A stretch of 15,224 bases of DNA from positions 1-15,224 of the forward strand of contig CAVQRZ010000035.1 in NCBI GenBank assembly GCA_963715335.1, given 5' to 3'. The notes under the pieces are model-generated. The model was not told the DNA's origin. It was given only the letters and a program-made list of their open reading frames with translations, and made no database searches. The stretch is from an uncultured delta proteobacterium (lineage in GTDB: Bacteria; Desulfobacterota; Desulfuromonadia; Desulfuromonadales; BM103). Below are positions 1 to 8,108 of the stretch, one piece after another; position 1 is the stretch's first letter, and every line of letters starts with the position of its first letter. The translations under genes and the position numbers were made by a program.

Positions 1-105
1 TCCCAACCTTGGGCTCCGAACGACCCGGTCTTTCGCAATAGCGGTTGCCAACTTTTCGAGAAGGCCGCCCTCAATCACGCTAACGGGGAAGACTGAATCA
101 ACCAT
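1..105 (-). CDS. 5' end of an unidentified gene running off the left edge (MVDSVFPVSVIEGGLLEKLATAIAKDRVVRSPRLG...)
   Basis: ATG at 105-103 preceded by an AGAGG SD-like sequence. Frame is open to the window edge and lies downstream of a terminator and a plausible promoter. Only 35 codons visible, so no family call. Confidence 0.5.
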   Translation of the reverse strand, partial: MVDSVFPVSVIEGGLLEKLATAIAKDRVVRSPRLG

Positions 106-122
106 GAGAAACCTCTAAGTTC

Positions 123-150
123 ATGTTACCACTCTTCAGGACGTCGGCAA
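123..150 (-). promoter_or_regulatory. Putative sigma70 promoter for the left-edge gene
   Basis: Minus strand TTGCCG-N16-TAACAT with TG extension (TGgTAACAT), just upstream of the SD. Motif match only. Confidence 0.35.
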
Positions 151-203
151 CTACACAGGTCGGCTCAAGTCTCTTTACTCAACAGCAAGACGGCTAACGC
201 TTC

Positions 204-243
204 AAAAACTGCAGGGGACGGGCATTCGCCCGTCCCCTGCAGT
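204..243 (-). terminator. Rho-independent terminator of the dNMP-kinase-like gene
   Basis: Perfect 16-bp stem ACTGCAGGGGACGGGC (208-223) / GCCCGTCCCCTGCAGT (228-243), 4-nt loop, followed by a T-run on the minus strand, 26 bp past the stop at 270. Confidence 0.85.
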
Positions 244-269
244 GATTGAGTCTCTTACGCTGTAAACTT

Positions 270-914
270 CTATTTCCTCAGCGCAGCAGCGAACTGCCTG
301 ATCTTGGCCTTGAACTCTTCCAGGCTGCCGTCATTGACAATCGTACCGTCCCAGGCGGCGTAATCATCCAGCGAGGTTTCGCTGGCATGGTTGTTCGCGC
401 CATCGAAACCGGGACGTTCAATTTTGATGATCAGACCACCGTGCCCCTTGATGGCATTTAATTCATTCACGAAGCGCACGTCGTCGATCAGGACATGGAG
501 CTGCTTGAGGTCGAGCTGCTCGACCTTGCGACTCCAGGCCTTGGTCCAGTAATCCGCATCCTCGGTCCGACGATATTCTGTCCCCCACCACTGCAGAATG
601 CGACGTACGGTTACAGCTGTCTGCCCTTCCCGATCCTGTATCTCACTGTGATCAGCAACAAAATCCGCCCACTTCAGGCAGTACTGCAGTGCTTTTTGTT
701 CATCGACGTAGAAGACCCGCACCTTGTCGTCCTGGTCACCATAGACCAGCGGCACCGATTCATCAGCGCCAACCGCACGCAGGAAGGCTTCCACCTCGTC
801 GCGCAGGACCATCGCCATCGGAATAATTCTGCATTCTTTGTCCATCAGCGGTACCAGGTGATGAGCGGCCGTAGTCTTTCCAGTCGCCGCTTTACCAGCA
901 AAACCTATAATCAT
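270..914 (-). CDS. Deoxynucleoside monophosphate kinase-like P-loop protein (phage T4 gp1/T5 dNMP kinase type)
   Basis: N-terminal IIGFAGKAATGKTT Walker A, RRILQWWGTEYRR, DYW, VLIDDVRFVNE, IIKIERP, NHASE and IVNDGSLEEF, in the motif order of this family. GGAG SD before ATG. Confidence 0.8.
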   Translation of the reverse strand: MIIGFAGKAATGKTTAAHHLVPLMDKECRIIPMAMVLRDEVEAFLRAVGADESVPLVYGDQDDKVRVFYVDEQKALQYCLKWADFVADHSEIQDREGQTAVTVRRILQWWGTEYRRTEDADYWTKAWSRKVEQLDLKQLHVLIDDVRFVNELNAIKGHGGLIIKIERPGFDGANNHASETSLDDYAAWDGTIVNDGSLEEFKAKIRQFAAALRK

Positions 915-1070
915 TCACTCACTCCAACATTTGTATTCACAACTCGCCCGACAGCTCCAGACCATCGAACAACTCAAGTCGTTCCGTGGAGTGTACTTGA
1001 AACGTACCCAGGCATCAATCCCAACCTTGCCAACATGCACCTGCCACTTTCCCCTTACTCCTTTCCCTAT

Positions 1071-1108
1071 ATTTTACCAGTTGTCTATTTGCCCTCAGAC
1101 GTTATCCT
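1071..1108. promoter_or_regulatory. Candidate back-to-back divergent promoters
   Basis: Minus strand extended -10 TGGTAAAAT at 1079-1071. Plus strand TTGTCT-N16-TATCCT at 1081-1108, ahead of the GAGG SD of the TRIC gene. Motif match only. Confidence 0.3.
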
Positions 1109-1125
1109 TGAATGCAGAGGAAGCC

Positions 1126-1725
1126 ATGGATATCATTTACATTCTCGACTTGATCGGCACCGCCGCATTTGCCGCATCCGGAGCCTGGGTCGGAGTTCGC
1201 AAACACATGGACCTGTTCGGTGTGCTGGTCCTCGGTACCGTCACCGCGGTCGGCGGCGGCACATTGCGCGACCTTTTGCTGGGGGACATCCCGCCTTTTT
1301 CCTTGCAGGACGAAGTTTATATCTATATCGCCATAACCGTAGCGCTGGTTGTCTTTATCAACCGCAGGCGTTTTAAACTTTTCGAAAAACCGCTGCTTTA
1401 TTTCGACGCCATCGGCCTTGGCACTTTTGTGGTCATCGGCACGACCAAGGCAATGGAGTTTCAACTCGGGGCCTTGGGCGCCGTCCTGATGGGCGTGATG
1501 ACCGGCACCGCAGGGGGCGTCCTGCGCGACCTGCTTGCCAACCAGGTTCCCCTGATCCTGCGTCGCGAGATATACGCTTCTGCCTGTTTTGCCGGAGGGG
1601 CGCTGTTGGTTATATTGGAAATGGCCGGGGTTGCCCTGCCTGCCGCGGCATTACTCGCTGCGGGCACAGTGATCATCGTTCGCCTGCTCGCTATTCATTA
1701 CGACTGGTCACTGCCAAAACCCTGA
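1126..1725 (+). CDS. Trimeric intracellular cation channel (TRIC)/UPF0126 YadS-like membrane protein (glycine transporter family)
   Basis: Two homologous halves: DLIGTAAFAASG...DLFGVLVLGTVTAVGGGTLRDLL and DAIGLGTF...GVMTGTAGGVLRDLL..PLILRREIYA. ATG 1126 has a GAGG SD; the ORF-track start at 931 is over-extended. Confidence 0.92.
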   Translation: MDIIYILDLIGTAAFAASGAWVGVRKHMDLFGVLVLGTVTAVGGGTLRDLLLGDIPPFSLQDEVYIYIAITVALVVFINRRRFKLFEKPLLYFDAIGLGTFVVIGTTKAMEFQLGALGAVLMGVMTGTAGGVLRDLLANQVPLILRREIYASACFAGGALLVILEMAGVALPAAALLAAGTVIIVRLLAIHYDWSLPKP

Positions 1726-1770
1726 GGATCAAATCGACAGCGTCCAGATCTCAACGCAAGGAGTTTATAA

Positions 1771-3021
1771 ATGAAATCAGAGCAGATCACTTTCCCTAAC
1801 AGTCGCGGTGAAAATCTTGCCGCCCGACTCGACCTGCCCGGGGATGAGGCCCCGATTGCTTACGCCCTGTTCGCCCACTGCTTTACCTGCACCAAGAATA
1901 TCAAAGCCGCCGTCAACATCGCTGCGGCACTGAACCGCGAGCGGATTGCGGTGCTCCGTTTCGACTTTACCGGCCTGGGGCAAAGCGAAGGCGATTTTGC
2001 CGACACCAATTTCACCACCAACGTCGCTGACCTGGTTGCCGCAGCGGGATTCATGGCCAGTCAATACAAGGCCCCGCAGATTATTATCGGCCACTCACTG
2101 GGTGGTGCAGCGGTCCTGCAGGCAGCCCAGGCCATTCCGTCATTAAAAGCGGTCGTGACGATAGGTGCGCCACATGATCCCGGTCATGTGGCGCGCCATT
2201 TCGATATGACGCGTGAACAGATCGAGCGAAAAGGTGCCGGCGAAGTCAACCTTGCCGGGCGAACCTTCACGATCAAGAAACAATTCCTTGATGATCTGGA
2301 AATGCAGCAGCTCGATTCACACATTAAGGCCCTCAAAGCAGCTCTGCTGGTCATGCATTCGCCCCGGGACACGACCGTGGCGATCGACAATGCAGCAAAA
2401 ATCTACCAGGCGGCAAAGCACCCGAAAAGTTTTATCTCTCTCGATGATGCCGATCACCTGCTCCTGGAAGAGCAGGACTCGCTCTACGTCGGCATGATGA
2501 TCGCCGCCTGGGGACGCCGCTATATTGATACCCCGGAAAACCGGGAAGCCGTCGATGTTGTCCTCGACAACCGTGTAACGACCAGCACCGAACATGCAGG
2601 CTTCTTCACCGAACTTTTTGCCAAGGGCCACGCCATGATCGCCGATGAACCAATTCAAGACGGTGGGACGGACCGCGGGCCGACACCTTACGATTACCTG
2701 CTGGCTGCACTCGGCGCCTGTACCAGCATGACGTTGCAAATGTATGCCCGGCACAAAAAATTGCCGCTCGACAGGGCCGTGGTCCGTTTGACGCACAAGA
2801 AAATTCATGCCGAAGACTGCGGGCATTGCGAGGCAACCGACGGCAAAATCGACCGCATGGAACGGGAAATCGAATTGATCGGAGAACTCAACGCAGCACA
2901 GAGACAACGGCTTCTTGAAATTGCCGAACGCTGCCCTGTGCACAAGACAATGCACAGCGAAGTGGATATCGTTTCAACGCTGAAAGAACAGGCTGACCTA
3001 CAACCGGAGAAGGAGAGATAA
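1771..3021 (+). CDS. Bifunctional alpha/beta-hydrolase / OsmC-family protein
   Basis: [14 protein letters not shown], nucleophile elbow GHSLGG, Asp (SPRDTTV) and His (DADHLL). C-terminal OsmC domain [20 protein letters not shown]...RCPVHKT with both Cys. AAGGAG SD. Confidence 0.93.
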   Translation: MKSEQITFPNSRGENLAARLDLPGDEAPIAYALFAHCFTCTKNIKAAVNIAAALNRERIAVLRFDFTGLGQSEGDFADTNFTTNVADLVAAAGFMASQYKAPQIIIGHSLGGAAVLQAAQAIPSLKAVVTIGAPHDPGHVARHFDMTREQIERKGAGEVNLAGRTFTIKKQFLDDLEMQQLDSHIKALKAALLVMHSPRDTTVAIDNAAKIYQAAKHPKSFISLDDADHLLLEEQDSLYVGMMIAAWGRRYIDTPENREAVDVVLDNRVTTSTEHAGFFTELFAKGHAMIADEPIQDGGTDRGPTPYDYLLAALGACTSMTLQMYARHKKLPLDRAVVRLTHKKIHAEDCGHCEATDGKIDRMEREIELIGELNAAQRQRLLEIAERCPVHKTMHSEVDIVSTLKEQADLQPEKER

Positions 3022-3022
3022 G

Positions 3023-3232
3023 ATGCCTTACGTCAACATCAGAATCACAAGAGAGCAGGAGCCCGTCACATCAGAACAGAAAGCTGCACTGATCAAGGGT
3101 GTAACCGACCTATTGGTGGATGTCATCAACCGCGGTCCGGCAACGACCGTCGTCGTCATTGATGAAATCGATACCGACAACTATGGCGTCGGCGGCGAAA
3201 CCATTACGGTGAAGCGGAAGCAGGGGAAATAA
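3023..3232 (+). CDS. 4-oxalocrotonate tautomerase family protein
   Basis: Catalytic Pro-1 (MPYVNI), [27 protein letters not shown]; 69 aa. Starts 1 nt after the previous stop, with an AAGGAG SD inside that gene. Confidence 0.92.
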   Translation: MPYVNIRITREQEPVTSEQKAALIKGVTDLLVDVINRGPATTVVVIDEIDTDNYGVGGETITVKRKQGK

Positions 3233-3275
3233 GTGCCACGGCTCAGGTCGTTACAGCGGGCGAAACGAGGAATGC

Positions 3276-3494
3276 TTACTGTGGCGAGTTCGGAGCCGAA
3301 CAGGTCAGTCCGGTAAAGCGGTCACAACTTGTCGTCATATGCTCCACCAGGAGTTCCTGCATCTGTCGGGACAGTCCCAGCTTGGTCAATTCCTTCTCAA
3401 GCTCCTCGGGCTGACCGTTGCAACCGAGGTAGCCGTTGACGCGTGCAACAGCAGTCGATGCGGCCAGGCTTTCCGGATCGGGATAAATTGCCAA
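3276..3494 (-). pseudogene. Possible gene remnant or small ORF (72 aa)
   Basis: Fills the gap between tautomerase and SDR and has a protein-like helical pattern (EELEKELTKLGLSRQMQELL). TTG start directly follows an in-frame TGA and the SD is weak. Confidence 0.3.
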
Positions 3495-3519
3495 TCAGTC
3501 TCTTTTGCAGGATTATAAG

Positions 3520-3572
3520 TTGAACTGTTGCCGAACAGGTTTAGACTTTAGCGAGGGGTTTGAAAACAAACC
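3520..3572 (+). promoter_or_regulatory. Putative promoter and operator of the SDR-pirin-dioxygenase unit
   Basis: TTGAAC-N16-TAGACT (3520-3547), dyad CTGTT-gccg-AACAG (3525-3538) and perfect dyad GGTTTG-aaaa-CAAACC (3557-3572) just before the AAGGAG SD. Confidence 0.35.
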
Positions 3573-3590
3573 ATAGAAGGAGAAAAACTG

Positions 3591-4331
3591 ATGAAAACAC
3601 TTAAAGGCAAAAATGCCCTGGTGACCGGCGGGACACGGGGGATCGGAGCAGCATCGGCCCGTCACCTGGCCACTGCCGGGGCCAATGTCGCCATAACTTA
3701 CAGTGCTTCGGCTGACGCCGCCGCGGCACTGGTCAAGGAACTTGAGACCCTCGGAGTCAAAGTCCGGGCCTACCATGCCGATGCCGCAGAGCCCGGGTCT
3801 CTGCCGCAAATCGTCGAACAGATCGCGGCCAACCTCGGTGGCATCGACATCCTGGTCAATAACGCCGGGACCTTTTCCGTTGGCATGATCGGCACGATTG
3901 ACGAGGCTGAATACAGACGCATTATGACCATCAACGTCGATGCCATCTTTACCATGACCCAGGCGGCCCTGAAAGTCATGCCCGACGGCGGCCGAATCAT
4001 CAACATCGGCAGCGTCCTCGGCGAACGGGCCAGCGCGGCGGGCCTCAGCGCTTACAACGCATCGAAGTTTGCCCTGGCCGGGCTGACCCGCAGCTGGGCC
4101 AAGGACCTCGGGGCCAGGAACATTCTGGTCAACGATGTGCAACCTGGACCGATCGATACCGTCATGAATCCGGCGGACGGTCCCAACGCCGATCACATGT
4201 GCAGCAACACGGCACTGGGCAGGTACGGCCAGCCTGACGAGGTGGCTGCCCTGGTTGCATTCCTAGCCGGCCCTGGCGCCAGCTACATCACCGGCGCCAC
4301 CATCAACGTTGACGGTGGCTGGAACGCCTAG
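3591..4331 (+). CDS. SDR-family NAD(P)-dependent oxidoreductase, BdcA/YjgI-like
   Basis: TGGTRGIG, NNAG, catalytic S...YNASK. MPDGGRII.IGS and VQPGPIDT..NPADGP closely resemble the BdcA-like subgroup (recalled similarity). Confidence 0.92.
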   Translation: MKTLKGKNALVTGGTRGIGAASARHLATAGANVAITYSASADAAAALVKELETLGVKVRAYHADAAEPGSLPQIVEQIAANLGGIDILVNNAGTFSVGMIGTIDEAEYRRIMTINVDAIFTMTQAALKVMPDGGRIINIGSVLGERASAAGLSAYNASKFALAGLTRSWAKDLGARNILVNDVQPGPIDTVMNPADGPNADHMCSNTALGRYGQPDEVAALVAFLAGPGASYITGATINVDGGWNA

Positions 4332-4378
4332 CCAGGCTTAATGCCCCGTGAAGGGCTAATATCAAGAAGGAGTTGGCG

Positions 4379-5290
4379 ATGAGCGATCTATTGGACCAAT
4401 CGGACAGCTGCGCCTGCACCATGGCCCCATGCTCTTCGATCCGATACATTCTGGAGCCGGTAGAGAAAGACCTCGGCGGCTTCTCGGTGCGGCGCCTTTT
4501 ACCAGCCACGGCCGTCAGGGCGGTCGGCCCCTTCGTGTTCTTCGATCACCTCGGCCCGGCCTGGTTCGAACCCGGCAAGGGGATAGACGTCCGTCCCCAT
4601 CCGCACATCGGTCTGGCCACCATCACCTACCTCTTCGAGGGTGAGATTCTGCACCGGGACAGCCTTGGTTCCGTCCAGCCAATCCGACCCAAAGCCATTA
4701 ACTGGATGACCGCGGGTCGTGGCATTGCGCACTCCGAACGCACCCCGCCGGAGGTGCGTTCGGCAGGCCACACGGTGCATGCCCTGCAGCTCTGGGTCGC
4801 CCTGCCGGCTGAAGACGAGGAGTCCGACCCGGCGTTTTTTCATTACGATAAGACAGAGTTGCCGGAAACTACGGATGCAGAGCGATCGATCAGAGTCATG
4901 ATCGGCGAAGCCTTCGGTCTTACCTCGCCAGTCAGGACCTGGTCCCGGACGCTTTATGTCGAGGTTAATCTCAAAGCCGGAGCAAAAATCGTTCTGCCGG
5001 AAAATGTCGAGGAGAAAGCCGTTTACCTGGTAGCAGGTGCACTGCAAAGTGGCGAAACTCCTCTGCCACGACACTCCATGGTGATCTTTGACAACTCTCC
5101 GGGAATCGAGATCGTGGCCGGTGAAGACAGCAGGTTGGTCATTATTGGCGGAGCACCGCTTGGCAAGCGCACGATCTGGTGGAACCTGGTCTCCAGCCGC
5201 AAGGAGTTGATCGAGCAGGCGAAGCGGGACTGGCAGGAAGGGGCGTTTCCAAAGGTCCCGGGAGAAACAGAATTCATTCCGCTACCCTGA
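4379..5290 (+). CDS. Pirin family protein
   Basis: VGPFVFFDH, RPHPHIGLATITYLFEG.I.HRDSLG, WMTAGRGIAHSE (His/His/His/Glu iron ligands intact), LQLWVALP, WWNLVSS. ATG 4379 is 6 nt after AAGGAG. Confidence 0.95.
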   Translation: MSDLLDQSDSCACTMAPCSSIRYILEPVEKDLGGFSVRRLLPATAVRAVGPFVFFDHLGPAWFEPGKGIDVRPHPHIGLATITYLFEGEILHRDSLGSVQPIRPKAINWMTAGRGIAHSERTPPEVRSAGHTVHALQLWVALPAEDEESDPAFFHYDKTELPETTDAERSIRVMIGEAFGLTSPVRTWSRTLYVEVNLKAGAKIVLPENVEEKAVYLVAGALQSGETPLPRHSMVIFDNSPGIEIVAGEDSRLVIIGGAPLGKRTIWWNLVSSRKELIEQAKRDWQEGAFPKVPGETEFIPLP

Positions 5291-5300
5291 AGGCCAAACC

Positions 5301-5768
5301 ATGATTCGGCTACTCTTTACATTCCTGCTACTGACAAGTCTTTGCGCCAATTCTGAGGTCATCAATGCGGAGATGCCCGCCTACGCCTGCCAACCAACGG
5401 CGGAAGATGAAATGGGCCCCCTATACGTTCAGGGAGCTCCTGAACGCAATCAGATCGGCGCCGGCTACCTGCTGATGGGAACAGTCAGGTCCGCAGCAGA
5501 CTGCATGCCGATTGCCGGCGCCAGAATCGAAGTCTGGATGGCTGGCCCGCAAGGGCACTACGGCGACGATTGGCGTGCGACCTTGTTCAGCGCCGGGAAC
5601 GGGAGCTACTATCTGCTCAGCCATGTCCCACCGAACTATGGCACCGGGCGGCCGCATGTCCACATCAAGGTCTCAAGTGGTGGCTATACAACCCTCATTA
5701 CCCAACACTATCCGGCCAAAGACGCCGGTGAAGGGATGTTTGACCTGACCCTTGTCCCGACAAGATAA
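5301..5768 (+). CDS. Small intradiol ring-cleavage dioxygenase-like protein with N-terminal signal peptide
   Basis: GPLY, GTVRS..C.PIAGARIEVW.A...GHY, PPNY...RPHVH, TQHY. Candidate Fe ligands Y87, Y113, H119, H121. Hydrophobic N-terminus MIRLLFTFLLLTSLCA. Confidence 0.82.
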   Translation: MIRLLFTFLLLTSLCANSEVINAEMPAYACQPTAEDEMGPLYVQGAPERNQIGAGYLLMGTVRSAADCMPIAGARIEVWMAGPQGHYGDDWRATLFSAGNGSYYLLSHVPPNYGTGRPHVHIKVSSGGYTTLITQHYPAKDAGEGMFDLTLVPTR

Positions 5769-5780
5769 TTTCGACAATTG

Positions 5781-5805
5781 ATGACGGTCACTTCATGACT
5801 GTCGT
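5781..5805. terminator. Hairpin between convergent genes (possible terminator or 3' protector)
   Basis: ATGACGGTCA/TGACTGTCGT 10-bp stem with two G-U pairs on +. No U-tract. Confidence 0.3.
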
Positions 5806-5819
5806 GGCGCGGGGGCGGA

Positions 5820-6821
5820 TCAATGCCCCAGACGTGATGCCATCGGCACCAGGCGCTGGTAATCACCGTAGGTCAAGCTGGTCTGCCAATGCTCAGTGAG
5901 CATGCCGGTCAGCACTCCGCTGCCAAACAGCAGCAAAACAACCACAATGAAGGCGATCCCCGGGACAGGTTTTTTAATGAGCGCCATATCCAGGGCACCC
6001 CGCTCCGGACAGTTGCCGACGCAGGTCAGGCAACCGGTACATTCCGGTGAGGACACCCGGACTTTGTGCTGTACATCGATCATCTGGGGACAAGCGCGGC
6101 TGCAAGCCCCGCAATTGATGCACGTCTCTTCGCGACGGGTGATTTTAAATGGGCTGAGCATGCTGAGCAGGCCAAGCAGGGCGCCATAGGGGCAGAGGTA
6201 ACGGCACCAGAAATTCCTGTAGGCAACCGACAATAACGACAGGACGCTTATGACGAGCAGGCTGGTAGTCGACATCCGGGTAAAGAAATGCAACATTTTG
6301 ACATCGGCAATCGCCCAGTAAGGTGCTGCGAGATATTCCTTGAGCACAACGGCCGGCATGTCGACCAGGATCAGTTTGACGAAAAACAGCAGCAGCGCGT
6401 ACTTGATGAACTGCAGGACCAGATCGAGCCCTCTCCAGATGCGCAGATTACGGCCGAACAATTTACGACCAAGCTTCCAGGTCACCTCCGAGAAGGTCCC
6501 CACCGGGCAGACAAAGGAACAGAAGGATTTCTTCGCCAGCAGCGCCATCGTCAGGAAGGTGAGAAACAGCACCAGCGCCGCCGGATGGACCGGATCAAAA
6601 TGCCCGGTAAGCAGCCAGGTCTTGAGGCTCATCAGCGAACCGATCGGCAGAAAGCCCTCAACTCCTGGTGGGCGCGGATAATATCCCGACATCCCCTTCG
6701 ACTCGAAATGACGCACGAACAGGCCGAACTGGATGCCGAGGAAGAGGCACCAGCCGAAGAAAAGCCACTGGATCAGTTGTCGCCAGTGGCTTGCATTGTG
6801 GAGGTTGAATAACGTCTTCAT
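5820..6821 (-). CDS. YccM-like membrane 4Fe-4S polyferredoxin (NapH/MauN superfamily)
   Basis: RPPGVEGFLPI, HPAA, FCSFVCPVG, WCRYLCPYG, two ferredoxin motifs CINCGACSRACP and CTGCLTCVGNCP, several TM helices. ATG 6821 preferred to 6893. Confidence 0.88.
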   Translation of the reverse strand: MKTLFNLHNASHWRQLIQWLFFGWCLFLGIQFGLFVRHFESKGMSGYYPRPPGVEGFLPIGSLMSLKTWLLTGHFDPVHPAALVLFLTFLTMALLAKKSFCSFVCPVGTFSEVTWKLGRKLFGRNLRIWRGLDLVLQFIKYALLLFFVKLILVDMPAVVLKEYLAAPYWAIADVKMLHFFTRMSTTSLLVISVLSLLSVAYRNFWCRYLCPYGALLGLLSMLSPFKITRREETCINCGACSRACPQMIDVQHKVRVSSPECTGCLTCVGNCPERGALDMALIKKPVPGIAFIVVVLLLFGSGVLTGMLTEHWQTSLTYGDYQRLVPMASRLGH

Positions 6822-6830
6822 AGTGTATCG

Positions 6831-6872
6831 AGGATACCGTAAAATCAGGTTAAGAGATATGACTTTGGTCAA
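6831..6872 (-). promoter_or_regulatory. CRP/FNR-family (HcpR-like) site with class II promoter geometry
   Basis: Minus strand TTGAC-caaa-GTCAT (6872-6859), 9/10 match to TTGAC-N4-GTCAA. TATCCT (6836-6831) falls at -12..-7 if the site is centred at -41.5. Confidence 0.55.
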
Positions 6873-6936
6873 AGAATCGCGACTAAAGATCACCTTTCTT
6901 GGCTGCGGCGGGAAAAACTCACTTGTCCACCGCTGT

Positions 6937-8073
6937 TCAGATCTGACGCCCAGGAATTCGCAACCCTATCCTTTCCAAAGCGGACAAGGTGGTCTGATGG
7001 ATGTTTCGTGCCCCGATACGATAGTTCTGAAATTCCCTCCTGAATGGGTATTGGTCCCTGAGGTGTTCAAAAGATCCAGGGGCTGCTCTGAGACTTCGGT
7101 CATCCGCTAGGATGTCATAAATTGCCAGAACGGCTTCTGCCAGAACGATCTCTTCATCCTTATTGTGCCCATCAAGCTGAATGCCCGTTGGCTCCTGCAA
7201 TCCCTCCGCGGTAGGTTCCCAGTCATCGATCCCCAGACTGAAAAACCGGCTGATGGCCCTGACACTGATCATCGTGCCGTTTGCCTTGCCGTCTTTAGAA
7301 TAGCCGGCAATATGGGGTGTGCCGATATCCGCTTTTTCAAGCAGTTCCAGATCGATCTCAGGTTCACCTTCCCAACAGTCGAGGACAACTCCCGAGAGAG
7401 CTCCGGAATCGATGGCCCTTTTGACCGCCCCGGTATCAAAGACCTCTCCTCGGCATGAATTGATAAGGAGGGGGGTTCTCCCCAGTCCTTTCAAGAAGCC
7501 GTCCTCAACCATGTGTCTGGTGGCGAATTCACCCGCTGAATTCAAGGGGACATGAAACGAAATAATGTCGGCATTTTTCTGTATCCGGTCAAGGCCCGTA
7601 AAAATTCCCTCCCCTTCGGCCCTTTGCCTGGGCGGGTCGTTGAGCAAGACTTTCATGCCTATGGCATGGCACAGTGCTGCCACCTTTTCTCCAACATGCC
7701 CGATACCGACAATCCCGATGGCGAGGTCGCGTAGCTTCAAGCGTTTTTTTTGCGCATAAGCAAACAGGGCCGCGGCCACGTACTGGCAGACCCCCCCGGC
7801 ATTGCATCCCGGAGCATTACTCCACGCTATACCCTGCTTTCTGCAGTATTCCGTATCGATGTGGTCAGTCCCGATGGTTGCCGAGGCTATGTATTTTACA
7901 GAAGAGCCTTTGAGCAGTCTTTCGTCGCAGATTGTCCGGGTCCTGGTGATCAGGGCATCGACATCTCTGACAATCTCAGGACACGTCTCTGCTCCCGGCA
8001 GGTAGACTACCTCCGCGAAGGGTTCGAGCGCCCCCTTCAGGTAAGGGATTTTATCGTCGGCTATAATTTTCAT
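6937..8073 (-). CDS. pdxB: 4-phosphoerythronate dehydrogenase
   Basis: MKIIADDKIP, ATIGTDHID, NAPGCNA, GIVGIGHVG, FHVPL, LDCWEGEP, TPHIAGYS, FEHLRDQYPFRREF. ATG 8073 has an AGGA SD. Confidence 0.93.
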   Translation of the reverse strand: MKIIADDKIPYLKGALEPFAEVVYLPGAETCPEIVRDVDALITRTRTICDERLLKGSSVKYIASATIGTDHIDTEYCRKQGIAWSNAPGCNAGGVCQYVAAALFAYAQKKRLKLRDLAIGIVGIGHVGEKVAALCHAIGMKVLLNDPPRQRAEGEGIFTGLDRIQKNADIISFHVPLNSAGEFATRHMVEDGFLKGLGRTPLLINSCRGEVFDTGAVKRAIDSGALSGVVLDCWEGEPEIDLELLEKADIGTPHIAGYSKDGKANGTMISVRAISRFFSLGIDDWEPTAEGLQEPTGIQLDGHNKDEEIVLAEAVLAIYDILADDRSLRAAPGSFEHLRDQYPFRREFQNYRIGARNIHQTTLSALERIGLRIPGRQI

Positions 8074-8108
8074 GGTCCTGCGGCAGTGCTGATCAGCACT
8101 TATACGCA

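Noticed and set aside
1..914. Prophage
   Set aside because: Only one phage-type gene; no integrase, att site, structural or lysis genes in the window.
931..1125. N-terminal extensions given by the ORF track (931 for TRIC; likewise 4373, 6893, 8112)
   Set aside because: Family homology, and SD position where present, point to ATGs at 1126, 4379, 6821 and 8073.
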